A stretch of 5,621 nt of DNA, from IMG/VR virus record IMGVR_UViG_2563366946_000003; one strand, 5' to 3'. Both the position numbers and the translations under genes were made by a program. This document shows, in pieces, positions 5,552 through 5,621 of this stretch. The notes under the pieces are model-generated. The model had not been told where the DNA came from. It saw only the letters and a list, made by a program, of their open reading frames with translations, and made no database searches. Position 1 is the stretch's first letter. Each line of letters opens with the position of its first letter. Source of the stretch: a virus (taxonomy: Duplodnaviria; Heunggongvirae; Uroviricota; Caudoviricetes).

Positions 5552-5621
5552 TGAACCGCCCCGGGAATCCTGGAGACTAAACTTCCTGAGAAAGAGGTAA
5601 ACAGGATGACTAAAAATACTC
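5552..5621 (+). mobile_element. Second IS629 copy, left end only (continues beyond the window), same orientation as the first
   Basis: 5552-5621 is identical to 1212-1281 (IRL plus the start of OrfA). Confidence 0.9.
5606..5621 (+). CDS. IS629 OrfA, 5' partial (second copy)
   Basis: ATGACTAAAAATACTC, identical to the start of OrfA at 1266. Confidence 0.85.

Overview
The window reads as a phage-derived accessory region broken up by IS629 (IS3 family); all calls are from reading the sequence and ORF track by eye, with no searches run. From 5' to 3': (i) a perfect (GAGTCTT)x11 tandem repeat at the window edge; (ii) on the minus strand, the C-terminal part of a tail-fiber/tailspike-like protein with an S74-type intramolecular-chaperone domain, whose 5' end abuts an IS629 end; (iii) a complete 1310-bp IS629 (1212-2521) with OrfA/OrfB and imperfect terminal inverted repeats; (iv) a roughly 3-kb segment (2522-5551) bounded by that IS629 and the start of a second, same-orientation copy (5552 to window end). 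This segment holds the most interesting content: a divergent pair of small Arc-like and Mnt-like ribbon-helix-helix repressors around a 12-bp perfect inverted repeat, with the Mnt-like gene translationally coupled to a stand-alone ClpP-fold serine peptidase in the position where phage P22 immI carries the antirepressor gene. It also holds a convergent two-gene operon of an unrecognised 188-aa protein plus a YafO-family toxin homologue, a strong bidirectional terminator between the two operons, and a small 4-helix membrane protein. No rRNA, tRNA or CRISPR array is evident.
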